Positions 1 through 13,473 of a stretch of DNA of 64,000 nucleotides are shown in pieces; the stretch's first letter is position 1; every line of letters begins with the position of its first letter. The position numbers and the translations under genes are program-made. This stretch comes from Octopus sinensis. Lineage: Eukaryota. The notes under the pieces are model-generated. The model was not told where the DNA came from, ran no database searches, and saw only the letters and a list, made by a program, of their open reading frames with translations. The stretch is taken from the NCBI RefSeq assembly GCF_006345805.1, contig NC_043005.1, forward strand, positions 1,674,001 through 1,738,000, given 5' to 3'.

Positions 1-1914
1 TATAAGGGAATTCACCTGGAATAGAAAACCCAATATTTGCAAAGGAAAGAAGATGAGGGGCTGGATGGAATCACCTTGGCTTCAGTATTTAAATATTCCT
101 ATTAAAAGGCCAATTAAAAATACTCATACCTTTGGACATACTCTCACACTTACGCATATATGCATATCTACATGCATACACACACATTAATTTCATAGCT
201 GAATACGACCCTGTTGTCCATAAGCTCCAACAATGTAAATGCTGTCCATATTTTTGCAATCTGACAAGTTACAAAGAGAATCATTTCTTATTCTTCTTTT
301 TTGTCCATTAACCAAATTTCTGTCTTAGGATTATTTAGGTATTATGGATATCTTTCAATGTCCAGTTAATCTCTTCAGCATCTTCAGACAACATTCAACT
401 AATCAATTCCTTCATATTGTATCAACCTAACCAACAGGCTGAGGTCTTTATTATCAACAGGTGCTATGACTGATGGTTATCTTAATGTTAACATAATTAA
501 TGTTGTGAGTATCAAAACTCTAATTGGAAATAACAATGAAATAAGGACAAAACAATAATTAACTCAGTGACTATTTTTATAATTGTGGCAAGAGAAACAA
601 CTTGGGGCATGTTTCAGTGTTACTAAACCTCTTTAGCAAAGCACACACTCCATTGTCTTCTTAGAAATAGGGATTTATCTTTTAAAGAATACGTTAGATA
701 TTTATGTCTAAACACAAACAATATTATATAATGAGTTAATAGAGTCTCACATCATTATTTTGGTAAATATAAAGAAATTTGTGTTAATTCAGCAGTAACC
801 ATATCTAGAGTTATTTCTCATATTATTTGAAATGATTCAAGCAATATGAAAGATTGAGTTAATATTGTCTTTTTCTCACAAAATAATCATTTCTAATTGT
901 ATTTTTAATGTTGACTCAATTAATTATTTTAACACTAGCTTCACTCTTGTTTTTCATTCAAACAGTATCTCTGGTTAATTAATCTTAGAGATGTCATTAA
1001 CGAAATATGATTGTAAACATCGTAGACATTTGTGTTATCAACGTCTGCAGACAAACTGCAACTAATAAGCCAACAACACTCTCTCTCTCTCTCTCTCTCT
1101 CTCATTAATATTCACTGTTTGCGTTGATTCACTCCACATCTACTAAGTATACGTCTCTAGTTAAGATCTACAGATTGGTTTATTTGGTCAAACTCCAGTC
1201 CATTGATAGACAGTGATCAATGGAGTCAATAACTTCAGATTTTGATCTTTCGACCGACCAATAACCGAAGACTTTGTCTCTTCAGCCAATATTTATTGAT
1301 ATTATGCATTGTATTTATGGAAGTACCATTTACAAACAGCCTGAATCTGACAGAGACAAAGAAATAAAATGTTTTTTAGGGCATGAAAACCCAGAGTGAA
1401 ATATTATTTGATGTCAATAGAAATATGTTTATTAAGAAGTAACCCAATATTTGAGAGTCATCCAACCAAGTTTTTAGCTCAAGGTTACAACTGGGAAGTT
1501 TTTAAGCAGGTTTTACTTTCTCAGAGCTGGGATTACATGCAAACACAAACAATGCGAAAAATGTTCACACACACACACACATACACAGCACCCTATTTAT
1601 GTTTTATTTAATCACTTGGTCAAAGGATGAAGGGCAATGTCCTTGACCCTTTTTCAGGGCCTCAAACACAGCTGGCTGGGAGGGAGGAGGTCATTCTCAA
1701 ACCAGAAATCTGGTTCAAATACTTTCCACATAACAGACTCCAGTAAATGCAGCCATATTCCAGGTGGGGGTTTTAAAGGGGGGGGGGGCGAGTGGGGGTG
1801 AATTAAGTTTAACACACACAAACACACACACTACTGTCAGTGCAACCATGTACATACATTGACTCTAACATGTCGTCAGCACTAACTGGTATTCACACAC
1901 ACACACACACACAC

Positions 1915-1948
<34 letters not shown>

Positions 1949-2564
1949 CTGTATATATAATACTTCACACAAATAAGATAATAGTATTTCTATGTTAGTG
2001 TAAAGTGAAATGTTGTCTGTGTAAAGGGACAGCTGGTATTTAATGGAAAGACAAAAAGGGTTCTCTTTTTACACAAACACCAAACACACAAAGAGATTGC
2101 TCTCCCCACCCCTCAGTGCACAGATACGCAAGTAAACACATATGCATTCATATACATACTCACAAACACACACACACACACATACACAGGTATTCTATCC
2201 CTACACACATTTAAGACTAAAGAACCCTTAGTGTCTTTCCAAAGATTTTGTCCCTTTTTAGCTTAAATGTTACAGTTGGATGGCATATTGAGAACCCTGT
2301 GCCACTTCTAATGTCACAGCTCTGTGACACATTTGGAAGCTTGTGTCACCTCTCATATCACATCTGTGTGACATACTAAAAACTTTGCGTCACCTCTTAT
2401 GTCATGTGACTGTGACTTAAGAGGAGATGCAGACACACACATCATGGAAAGATGTGAGAAGACACCGAAAGACATTTAATCCTTAATTTGTACAATTCCA
2501 CTTGATATAAAAAGGATATTTTAGGATTTTGTGGAAAATAAACCCATCATTTATCTATCTGCAT

Positions 2565-2822
2565 CAGTGGTCCTCAACTGGGGTCCTCATGACCCTTGCG
2601 GTTCATTTAAGATTTTGTTGTTAAGGGTGAAATAATTTGGTTATATTTCTGCAATAAACAAAATATTTTAACAATTTTGAATCCAATTCCCAATAAAATT
2701 TAATTATAAAAAGAAACAAAATAATAGGCTTTTTTAAAACATGGAATGGTCAAAGGGGTCCAGTAGGATAAAATGGGAATCGAAGAGGGTCATAATTTTG
2801 AAAAATAGTTGAGAATTACATG
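2565..2822. mobile_element. Degenerate hAT-like MITE
   Basis: Left end cagtggtcctcaact and right end agttgagaattacatg form an imperfect Charlie-type TIR pair; no 8-bp TSD retained. Confidence 0.4.
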
Positions 2823-2890
2823 TATTGTTTGGAATATTGTATATACCCAACATATATATAGACTTTGCATGTCATATTCCATAAACCTAA

Positions 2891-2929
<39 letters not shown>

Positions 2930-2981
2930 AGAAATATTGAGTTTCTAAATCTCTTGTAGAGAGGTGTACGGTGGTGGAGCG

Positions 2982-3228
2982 ATATAATGGTTGTATACTG
3001 TCAATCTAACAAGAACGTGACAGTAGGGGGTACACCACCATTATATAGCCCTAGGAGGCATTGAACGCCTCCTGACAGCTTCGACATATTTTATCCTGTG
3101 TCCTTATATATAAGGACACAGGATAAAATGTGTCGAAGCTGTCAGGAGGCGTTCGATGCCTCCTAGGGCTATATAATGGTGGTGTACCCCCTACTGTCAC
3201 GTTCTTGTTAGATTGACAGTATACAACC

Positions 3229-3235
<7 letters not shown>
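2982..3235. repeat. 254-bp near-perfect spacerless palindrome
   Basis: Centre ccttatatataagg at 3108/3109; 127-bp arms with 2 mismatches seen by eye; (TA)n runs on both sides. Confidence 0.92.
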
Positions 3236-3264
<29 letters not shown>

Positions 3265-3924
3265 CAATAGTGATATATATATATATATATATATATATAC
3301 AGTAGTGATCTCATGTCATATATACCCTACTAATATATAAAATAGCCATGGTGCACCATCTTAAAAAAGATTGGTCTTCTTATCAATTCCTGCATTGGAA
3401 TTAATATCTAGCAGAACTTTTTCAAGTTTTTGGCAGTATTTCAGTAATACAGAGTAATTTAAAGGTTTTTCAACCAAAACCAGTTCTGACTTGCCAACTG
3501 CCAAGACTGTTTTCCCTCCACTGCCCCACAGTAATTTCAATCCTCCCATGTTTTAACTTTGTCCTCTCACACATATTTGTGTATGCACATAGATATACAT
3601 ATACAAAAGACCCCTTCGGTCATGAATAAGCATAGGATTGCACTTAGAAAGTTCCCCTCCAAGGCACTTCAATTATGATTGATTGACAATGGAACATGCA
3701 GCATGAGTGGTGTTCTGTGGCATCGGATATAAGGCAGCACAGATTAGAAGGCATTCTGTTTTAAAAATGATAATGAAATTATTGTGTGTTGTGCTCAGGT
3801 GCACTACAATTCATCAAAGGTGTATGTACAGTCCATAGATTTATGTACAAAAGTCATGAAAGTGAACAGTGTATGAGCCATGATGTACATGTATGCGTGC
3901 ATATGGAGGCTGGGGGGGGGGGAT

Positions 3925-4630
3925 ATCAGGTGTAGTGTTGACGAATTTCAGGAAGCTTGGAGGTTTTAAAGGATGCAATGTTTCAGCAGCCAACAACTGA
4001 TGCAGGTCGTATGTTCCGTGCAACTCGGAAGGTGAAAAAATGATTCCAAAAGTCATGGGAGCTGTTTTCTGACTTTGTGGGTATGGCCACGTGTGTTAGA
4101 CACATGGAGCTCAAGGTGGTTGTTGGCACGGTGGTAAATAATTTTGTGGATGTTTAACAAGTCAGTTGCCAGACGTCGGAGCTTCAATGTATCTATACCC
4201 AGGAAAGCAAGGCATTCGGGGTACGGTTGATGCCTGATGGAGGATATTCGCTTGGTTGCATGTCTCTGAATAGCTTCCAAGAAGTCAATGTCTCGAGCAA
4301 GATAGAGAAGCAGGTACATAACACTATCAAGACCAAGGTGGCATAGTTGCATTTATTCTTAAGGTGACGTCGCAGTATTGCAGGTGTAAATTCCAAAGCT
4401 GTTATAGAATTTGGTGTCAGAGGTGGTAGAGATGGTACGTTTTAGTTTTCAACAGTAAAAATGCCATTCATAGCATCCAGCAATGAGTTCTACGCATCTT
4501 TTGGGATTGTCAGGGATTTGCCTTGTGTGGGGATTGTGAAAAGGACCAACTGGAGAGTGAGGTCTCTGCTTTGAACGTACGTATTTCCAGAACAACTTAC
4601 TGTCAGGGTTGGTTGCTATGCGCTGCTCAG
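3925..4630 (-). mobile_element. CR1/L2-group LINE fragment, internally deleted
   Basis: Translations include NPDSKLFWKYVRSK and DIDFLEAIQRHATKRI...LKLRRLATDL...NTRGHTHKVRKQ, typical of the CR1-group ORF2 C-terminus; the RT core is missing. Confidence 0.8.
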
Positions 4631-4958
4631 ATTCAAGAATAAGAAAAAGATTTAGATTGGAAATTTAGAGGAAATATTATTTTGATTAAATATAATCAAT
4701 TAAGAACAAATAAGCATTTGTTGCTTTCTTGAAATGTGACAAGACTTTCTTTTCAATGGAAAACCAACAAGTTTGGCTGTAAGGGCTGTTAGGAGAAGCT
4801 ATTAATGCAATTTGCTTTGAATCTCTTTGAATCTTAGAAAGTAAAGTCAAAATACAGTGAAAAAAATTAATTATAAGTAGGAGTGTTCTAAGCAAGGGAT
4901 TTGGAACCAGTCATTGAAATCCAATGTTTATTAACATTGTAATATTATTACTATTTCC

Positions 4959-4996
<38 letters not shown>

Positions 4997-5982
4997 TTAC
5001 ATTGATTTGGTGGTTCATCTGCTTTCCCATCCCTTTTAACTTCAGCTGATGCTAATGATATGATCGCACTTTACCACTTCAGTAATAAAAACACAATGAT
5101 TTAGTCTTCTGTTTGGAAGTATAAACATTAAATGTGGGAGTGATGTTACTGCTACATGTGCAAACATGGCAGATCTCACTTGTGACCAGCCCCAGCCCCT
5201 GGGGCACAAATATGCTGTCTCCTCTCTGTCTTTTCTGCTGATCTCTGCACCGTGGAACTTATTTGATTTTGTATTAATTCCACCCAGGCCCACCTCATTC
5301 ACTTCTCTCACTTCCTTTCATCCAACAAATTCAAGTCTTGTTGCTCGAAGCCTCACATTAATCACTACAACCAGTCCTTCTTCCCCAGAATTTCAATCTT
5401 CTAGAATCCCTCCTCCCACCCACTCTCCATGTTTTGTCCAGCACCAACTATTCAAGAGGAACAGTTTCTTGTGAATTGAAAATTTGTCTTCAAATCAAAT
5501 CTTTATTTCATGTTTGTCATCTCTAAATATTGGTTGGAAATCAAACTTCTTAACACACAGCTAGAGAGAGAAGGAGGGAGAAAGAGAGGGAGAGATAGAG
5601 GGTGGGAGGGAGAGATAAGATAGAGAGAGAGAGATGCATTCATATGATGTAGGATGGAATATGACTGGATTGTTAAGAAGCTTGTTTTACAATAACAAGG
5701 TCCTGTGTTCTAATCCCTGGAGTTAAATTTTTAAAAAATATCATTTTCTAAAGCCTCGAGGCAATCCATTTATTGTGAGAGGTAAATTGGCTCAAAGAAA
5801 ACTGTATGGAAGCCTATCAAAGGGCCAACCTTGTGAAAGTGTGCCTGGCTGATTTCGCCTGAAAATTACACGGGTCTAGTTGTTACATATTTTCATTTGG
5901 TTTTTTCTTTGCCTAGGCACCCACATAAATGAACACATCTGAAGTTTCTTTTTAGATTTAATTAGTAAAACATCTTTATTTA

Positions 5983-6420
5983 TTGTTATGCGAGATACGT
6001 GCTCACATGTCAGACGATCGATTACCAAAAAGATTGTTCTTTGGCGAGCTGCAAAAGGGAAAGCGCTCACACGGCGGCCAGAAGAAGCGCTTTAAGGACA
6101 CACTGAAAGCCTCACTGAAAGCCTTCAACATAGACCCTGACACTTGGGAGCAGAGAAGGGTGGCGATCAGCTGTCCTCAAGGGTGCCAACACATGCGAGA
6201 CCAATAGGATTACTGCTGCAGAAGACCGCAGACAAGCCAGGAAGAACAGAGCTAACAACCCTGTAGCAGGCGCTACTATTCCCTATCCACACTGTCAAAG
6301 ACCCTTTCAGGCGCAGATTGGCCTCACTAGCCATCTGTGGACTCACAAAACAAGTTCACTCCCACCCCAGGATGACTAGATGGTCTTTGTCGCATCGATG
6401 GACAAACTACCAACTACCAT
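5983..6420 (+). mobile_element. RTE-clade (BovB-like) LINE 3' fragment
   Basis: HMSDDRLPKRLFFGELQKGKRSHGGQKKRFKDTLKASLK, followed by a degenerate C2H2-like end (PHCQRPFQAQIGLTSHLWTH) and a short 3' UTR. Confidence 0.85.
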
Positions 6421-6504
6421 TTATTGTTATCACCAGCAAAAAACAGAAATTACATAACATTAATTAGACAGCTTCTAATGATGAGGTGGTATCAGCTGTA
6501 ACAA

Positions 6505-8947
6505 TTTCCCCCGAGTGCCGGGTACATTGTGGCACTTACTGGGGTACTTTGTTACAACTGTTGATAACTTGGAATTATGTTAACAACAAAGTTTAAAACT
6601 AATATGTTTCCTGCTTCTTGATTCCAGGAAGTATCATTTTAATTAATTAACTGTGCTTTGAACCACCTCATATCCTCACTGTGATACTGAGAATTCCCGT
6701 CAGCCAATTTCCCCATTGTTACATTTAGCATCTAGTCGGAATCGTCCTCCATTAACTTCTCACCACACAGATCACACAGAAAGTCCTGTCCTCCATCGGT
6801 ACAGTCAGTGTGTGCCCAGTCTTTACAGATCATGCATTGCACCCATTCCTCACCTGGAAGGGAGTTGGAATACCAATCTGAGCAGACACAGCATTTCCAA
6901 TTGGCGACTTGCTTGCTGCGAGACAGCTTCCCTTTGCCTTTACCTGTTTTAGTTGACTTTCTCTTCCCTTTTGTTGCCTTTTCTGTACCAGTTGCCTTCT
7001 TTGGTTTAGATTTCCGTTCGTTTATTTCCTCCACAATGCGCTGTTTTACGGGGGTTAGGGTTAGAATGGCTGTTTGGCACCTCTTGCCACTTCCATGATC
7101 TCGACCTGTCTTCCTGAGGAGAAGGCTTCTTTAATGGGCGCAAAATCTCTGGACTTGTAACAACACCAGCATGAAAACTTGGGTCTGGTGTAGGTTGATC
7201 TGTCGGACCGTCTTGCTGTTCATTGACCTGGTCGCCTGGTTGAACGTCTGACTGGTTGTCTGGCTGCATGTCAGACTGATCTTCAGCTTGTTTTGGAGCA
7301 AGGCGGTCCGTGACATAAATTGGAAAGAGTTTGTCATAACCGAAGAGATCCCTGTTAAAGGGCCAGATGCCACTCATTTGAAATCCTTTCTGGATGTTGA
7401 CTGGTGTGCACACATGTGGAAGGGCTTACTTCAAGATCGCAGGGATGTCGTAAATGGCTATCGTTTTACCTGGGTGCGATTTCATCCATCCATCACACGC
7501 CCTATTCATATACTTCTTAAGAGGACCATAGACACTCCGATCGAGTGGCTGTAGCTAATGTGAGCAGTGTGGAGGAATGATAGCAGAACAATAACATTGT
7601 CTTGGCAGAAATCAATGATAGCCAACGAGATAGGGGAGTTGTGGCTGTCAAGTAACATGAGGACAGGATATTCTTTGCTGCAAAGAGTATGCTTCTCGAA
7701 GTGTTCCAGAAATTTAAGAAAATCTGCCTCCTTCATCCATCCACTTGGATTTGCTGATCCACAGCAACCTGTTGGCCCATTTGCAATGAAGTATTCACGG
7801 AAGTGGACTCTCGAGAACACTAGCGTTGGTGGTGTTGCATAACCGCTGGCATTTACTGCAAGGCAGACTGTCACCAGGTTCCCCCTCTCAGCGGAAGTCA
7901 TCGCTCCTACTTGTTTCACTCCTTTCTCTGCCACAATTCTCATCACAGTTGTAGATGACATGGCCCTCAAACTTGTAGCGGTCAAGCACCACTGTCAGAT
8001 TATCGTTAGTCCACGTTAGTTCAATTAAAACTTGTGGCTTATGGGGTTCGGACGGAGAAGTTGGAATTCCGCTTCATAAACTTTGAGAACCAGTCAACTC
8101 CAGCGAATTCATTGGCAGACCAGGGATCTGGACACTTGATTTCATTGGCCTTCGCATAGTTAAAAGCAAGGCTTCAAATGTCAGAAGGGATCAGACCATG
8201 GTAATTTTTAGTAGCTTTAAGGATGTAGATCAAAAGCAAGTCTTCTTGCTCCTTGGTAAAAACTGTACGCGGAGATGCATATCCAATACTGGCTATTTTC
8301 GCCTCTGTCCCTATTTTCTTGCAGTATCTCTGAAGCGTCATGAAATTCACCTGAAAACATAAAGAAGCTGGAGGTTTATTTTTTGGTACAGCTGACGTTC
8401 TGTTAATGTCTTAAAAGGTTAGTGTAAGGGATACCAGTAACTTCATATCTAATGAGTCTGAAACCTACCTAGAAATCTTTGGCAACATCCCGTAATGATT
8501 TCTTTTCATCCACAACTTTTCTGGCACCCTTGTTGTCTTCCTTTTGTAATTTCTAGGTATGGTGTGTTAAACTGAAATAGAAGGGGTAAGTTGATACACT
8601 GTAACTATTAGCCCCGACCATGGATTTCTGGGGATTATCTCGTACACAGTACTAGCAATGCATGGCATCCAGGATTCACCTTAATGTATCGAAGGCAACT
8701 TCCAACACTTCCTAATGAGCCACAGACTACTTCAAGTAACACCACTTGTGCTTTGGAGTAAAAAATCGTTTTTTTTTGAGCCATAGCTTTCCTGGTGACA
8801 GCTCGCCAGTGCAATACACATGTGCAGACATGATGCTATGGAGTTGGACTTCACGAGGTAGAGACCCGAGTGCCAACTATTTCTTGAAGTTGGAAACAAT
8901 CGGCTTGTAACAACTTACCCGTGTAACAACTAGACCCGATCTCCCCT
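6505..8947 (-). mobile_element. pogo/Tigger-like DNA transposon (HTH_psq + CENP-B HTH + DDE_1 + C-terminal PHD finger), decayed
   Basis: N-terminus IPRNYKRKTT at ~8560; GVDWFSKFMKRN; SAERGNLVTVCLAVNASG...SGWM...VLMLLDSH (DDE_1); C-terminal CCVC...WVQCMICKDWAHTDC...CDLC. Imperfect TIR-like ends containing ttgttacaa; several stops and frameshifts. Confidence 0.88.
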
Positions 8948-10515
8948 GCATGTGCCTTCGGGATATTCAACCACTTATTCATGAATTCACTGAGTTTGGT
9001 TGATTGAACATTTTGAATTCGTGTTCAGAAATTCTGTTGGGGACCCACGCAATGTATCAAGAATATGGTGATCACTGCTACTGTTGCTTTCAAAATTTGG
9101 TACAAGGCCAGCAATTTCGGGGAACGGGCAAGTCGATTGCATATCGGCCCCAGTGTTCAACTGGTACTTATTTTACTGACCCCGAAAAAATGAAAGGCAA
9201 AGTCGACCTCGGCAGAAAGCATTTTGGTCGGCATGCTAACCATTTTGCCAGCTAAGCCGCCGCCCTATATTTTAAATAATATTAATTATAACCTATATTT
9301 TAACTAATATTAATTAGAATCTAGAAGTATAAATCAACTTTCAGATATTTTACAGGACATGGGAGATAACTCGCATCAAAATTTTGGTAACTTTTCTGTT
9401 ATCTCCACGAAAAAATGACATTTTTGTCTTTTTATACAAATGGTGGCAAGCTATCATTTTAAGAATTCATTGAATATTTCATTATTTACTGATAAATAAC
9501 TTATTTGATGAAAAGTAAAACAAAAACAAAAATAAAATAATTTTATCAGAGTTATATCAAATCCTTTAAGCTATAAAGGAATATAAAAAAAAACAACTAT
9601 TTATGTAAATGAGTTTTCACTAATTTATTATTATTTACGGTCAGTTAATTAGTTTGTGTCATAGAGTTTAAAATCTTATCAACCGATAAGAATGTTCTTG
9701 TTGCTACTTGACTGCAAAATCTACAAGAATGGCCACATTCGATTTTCCCTGATTATTCCCTCAGGCCAGGATTGAAGATCTCTGAGTAACCCAAATACCA
9801 TTGAAGAAGAGTCTACAGAAAACATTCTCTGACTCCTGCCATTATCCTCTCATCTTAGCACTGACCAATTCCCTCAGCATTAAATGTGGTTTGGATACAA
9901 CCAGTTTTCCATCACGGCAGACAGGGTTGGACTGTGCAGTGGCAAAAGACCGAACAGCTCCCCACCCACTCTCCCCATCCCTGGGCAGCAATCTTTAGTC
10001 TCGGATGTAAACTACAGTGAGAATTTCTCCAGCAACAACTGGTATCGTATCCAAGCTTTTTTACTGGAACGGCTGAGGATCTGAACCGGAAAACTACTGG
10101 TTGCTCTGATAGGTTTCTTGTTGAATTTACAGCATTAGAAATGTCCATCGTTCTGGGATGCGTACTTAGTTTGATCCGAGCAGCGAGGTTACGTGGAAGC
10201 ATAAGACTTGTGAGGTGTAGTAGCTCTTTTAGGGTACCTTCCTTGATATTCTTGGGTTAGGAGTTTGCTGGGGTTTTTCTTGGCCAGGACCATAAACCTT
10301 TCCTTCCATTCACTGTGATATAACAACCACAAAAAAAAAAAAAATATACTAGGATTTTAAAGCTATTGTTTTATTTATTTTTTTTTATTATGGTATCAAT
10401 AACATAATGGAAGTAGAAGTTATGAGGGATTCTATATTGACTATTTCTTTACTGTTATTAGTTTTCTGTTCAGCATCTTTGGTTACCTCTGAGTTTGGAT
10501 GTCTCTCAATATTTA

Positions 10516-11788
10516 CGAGGGGTGTTCAATAAGTAATGCCCCTAACCCACTTCCCATAGCAGTAGAGCAACGAAACTTGGCACAGTTATTAGTCTTTTTC
10601 TACATAGGAACCACCCAGAGTTACGCATTTCTCCCATCGTTTGATGCGACTCTGGAGACCGTTTTTGTAGAAAAACCCAGCTTGGTCCTCCAACCTCAAC
10701 GTGACTTCAGAAATCAAGGCTGCATCATCTGGGAAACGCTTTCCTTCCAAAAACAACTTCATGGCTGGGAAGAGGTGAAAATCAGAGGGTGCAAGGTCAG
10801 GAAAGTAGGGGGGATGGGGAGGAGTTCATAGCCATACGCCTATGCTTCTGATCTGGCGACAAGCGAGTTGTGGACTGGAGCGTTGTCCTGCAGGAGGAGG
10901 ATGCCTTTGCTGATCTTGCCCCGCCTCTTGATTTTGATAACTTCTCTTAATTTCCTCAAAAGTGAAGAATAATAGGCTCCTGGCAATTGTGGTACCCTTT
11001 GCCAGGAAATCTGTCATCACTACTCCGTCCTGGTCCCAGAAGACTGTGAGCATGACATTGCCAGCGGAGGGCTGCACCCTTGCCTTCTTTGGAGGGGGTG
11101 AGTCACGGTGCTTCCACTGCATTGACTGGGATTTGGTCTCTGGATCATCGTGATGGACCCAGGTTTCATCCTGTGTAATCAGTCTTTTGAAAAATTTTGA
11201 CTGATCTTCTTGGCCCATCTCCAAATTCACCCTCGAGCACTCAACGCGTTCTTGCTTCTGGAAAGGCGTGAGCAACCTGGGAATCCATCTGGCAGACACC
11301 TTTTGCATATGCAAATGGTCATGAATGATAGTTTCCACAGACCCGGTACTAATCTTGACCTCATGGGCTATTTGGCAAATAATTATGCGTTGATCTTCCA
11401 AAATGGCAGCCTCAACTTGACGGACAGATGCCTCATCAATGGCAGAAGGGGCGACCAGATCTGGGAGCTGTTTCCACAGAGTTCCGACCATGTTTGAATT
11501 CACGATGCCAGCGTTTTACAAGGTCATATGATGGGGCATCATCACCATAAGTTACTTTCATTTCATCAAAAGTCTCCCGTGGTGTGTGTCCTTTCAAATA
11601 CAAAAACCGGATCACTGCTCGACACTCAACAGGCTCCATTTCACACTTGACTTGGTTCAAACACCTGTAAATCAGAAACCACAATTAATTCAGAGCTGTA
11701 ATTTGCCACTTACTCTATAGAGATATAAATGATTGCACATGCAACAACTACAAGAGGGTCAGAAGCATTACTTATTGAACGTCCCTCG
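10516..11788 (-). mobile_element. mariner transposon (irritans/Hsmar2-like), full length, frameshifted transposase
   Basis: TA-flanked TIRs cgaggggtgttcaataagtaatgc and gcattacttattgaacgtccctcg; start MEPVECRAVIRFLYLKG at 11639; WIPRLL, ITQDETWVHH and PYFPDLAPSDFHLF motifs. Confidence 0.95.
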
Positions 11789-12149
11789 TACATTCTTTAT
11801 ATCTTGACATGATGAAAAAAAACTCTGTATTATCTTATGAGCTGTAAATATAATTAAATTTAAAGAAGGGGAGGGGAATAACAGATAATTTATTGCCAAA
11901 TTGAAGTGTAAAAAGGCTGTCTTCATAGCTCTGGAATATTTTGCAATAGGATTTACAAGGCAGTAATATAAAGAGTGACAAATGGAAAATGAAAAATGGT
12001 TTTCAACTACAAATAACATCACTTTCTTCCATTCATCCTTGAATTGGCAGCTCAGCTGTAACTGTCCCCTCTTTTCATCTGACATAATGGATTCAGTCTG
12101 TTTTACATTTTGATTAAATCTTTTTTTATTTCATTAAAGCTAGTAGATA

Positions 12150-12660
12150 GGTTCACCTATCGAACATGTATTGGGAAGGCTGTTCTATCGTACTTGAAAC
12201 ATCATTCTACTTGACATCTCGATATCATCGTAGTTGCCATCGACATTGGTGTCAGAAGCAAGGTCATTGTATTGGACATCAACAAAGCCTGTCACTGTGC
12301 TTGGTACAAGAACTTACTTGCCTTGCTGACCTTCAGTGATATTCGTCCTTTGCTTCATATCTTGGGTTGGCAATCCCCTGTTGGGATGTACCATTGCAGT
12401 GTGCTCTAATGAGCATTCTCTGATTCAATGCCTCAATCCTGATGTAACCTTCTGGCTTGTTCATGTCACTCATGCTATTCCTTCTGTGCATTTACAATTC
12501 TTTTTCTTCCAATGACACTTACTTATGTTCAGATGAAGCCATCTTCATTTGTTTTTCCCTTGCCACATACAGACTTCAACAACCGGAAAACTTATCCCAC
12601 GCCCATCTTAAACGTGTATTGACACCAGGAACATAAACTTTGGAAACCTCTTCCAATGAG
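12150..12660 (-). mobile_element. Highly decayed HERO/RLE-type retrotransposon fragment
   Basis: Frameshifted translations give ISF..LLKSV and NCKCTE, resembling the 19323-20451 element (TSFLFKSTFD; ECRCVE). Confidence 0.4.
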
Positions 12661-12953
12661 GTGATGGAATTACATCTTTCAACAAAACTAGAAATAGTCA
12701 GGGTTCATATCAAGGAAGCAATGTCATATTCCCACCATCTGTAATCGGGAATAAAGGCACAATTAGCCCCAACTTCCTATAATTACTACAAATGCAAAGG
12801 GATTCACAATTAGTGATGATCTCTTTGGTGCAGTTAAAAAGATGATGATAATGGATTCTCTCATTGTAGGAAAATATGACAACCAATGTCTTTTAAAAGT
12901 AGTAATGATACATTCCTAGGGTGTAAAAAGTCCGTGGAAAGGGAATGGTAAGA

Positions 12954-12984
<31 letters not shown>

Positions 12985-13329
12985 TGTGTGTGTGTGAGCC
13001 GTTTGACAGAGAACAAAGTTAGAGGTAATGAGGAAGATTGAAAATTGTTAATTAAGAAAGAGGGCAAAATATGAACGATGATGACAGGCAAGAAGATTTT
13101 CGATAAGCTAGAATAAGAAAACAGGCTGGAAGAGAAAATATGATTGAAGAGAATAAGACCAGTTTTTGGTTTGCCAGATTCTGGTATAATGGCCCTCACG
13201 AGAATAGAAGAAACAAAATTACCAAGAGATTAATCAAATGATTTTTGGAGGAAACGATTGGATATTTTTACGGAATGGGGAGATATTAGTGATTGACACT
13301 GCACCACAAAAATGTTTGGGGAATACAAC

Positions 13330-13391
13330 AAGAACGCTAACTCTGTGCCAGGTTGAAGTCGTTAAGAGTTACGTCCCCTTTACAGCACAAA
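13330..13391 (+). promoter_or_regulatory. Probable SUGCT promoter / 5' UTR region
   Basis: CpG-containing unique sequence immediately upstream of the putative ATG; no core motif identified; positional inference only. Confidence 0.3.
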
Positions 13392-13473
13392 ATGGCGCTG
13401 ACGTGTGTCCGGCATTTCAAAGTGTTTCCCTCTTTTGGGACCTTTCACCCGTTTCATGTCCGATACTGCTCAG
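13392..13473 (+). CDS. SUGCT: SUGCT putative exon 1 (mitochondrial presequence-like)
   Basis: aaaATGG start context; 27 codons plus 1 nt with no acidic residues and R/K/H/F enrichment; ends CAG|GTAGAT in phase 1, matching the phase needed by exon 2; locally CpG-enriched. Not homology-supported, and the donor is weak. Confidence 0.6.

Noticed and set aside
1215-1290. Minus-strand CUGAAGA-GAC...GUC-GAAA-GAU-CAAA-AUCU hammerhead-like motif
   Set aside because: The cleavage position is G rather than H and no helix I forms; compatible with chance.
3116-3175. Twister, HDV-like or hammerhead ribozyme inside the 254-bp palindrome
   Set aside because: ggataaaatgtg is reminiscent of twister, but the conserved core motifs are absent on both strands.
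12861-13330. Divergent head-to-head gene (human SUGCT neighbours MPLKIP)
   Set aside because: No recognisable coding exon on the minus strand upstream of exon 1.
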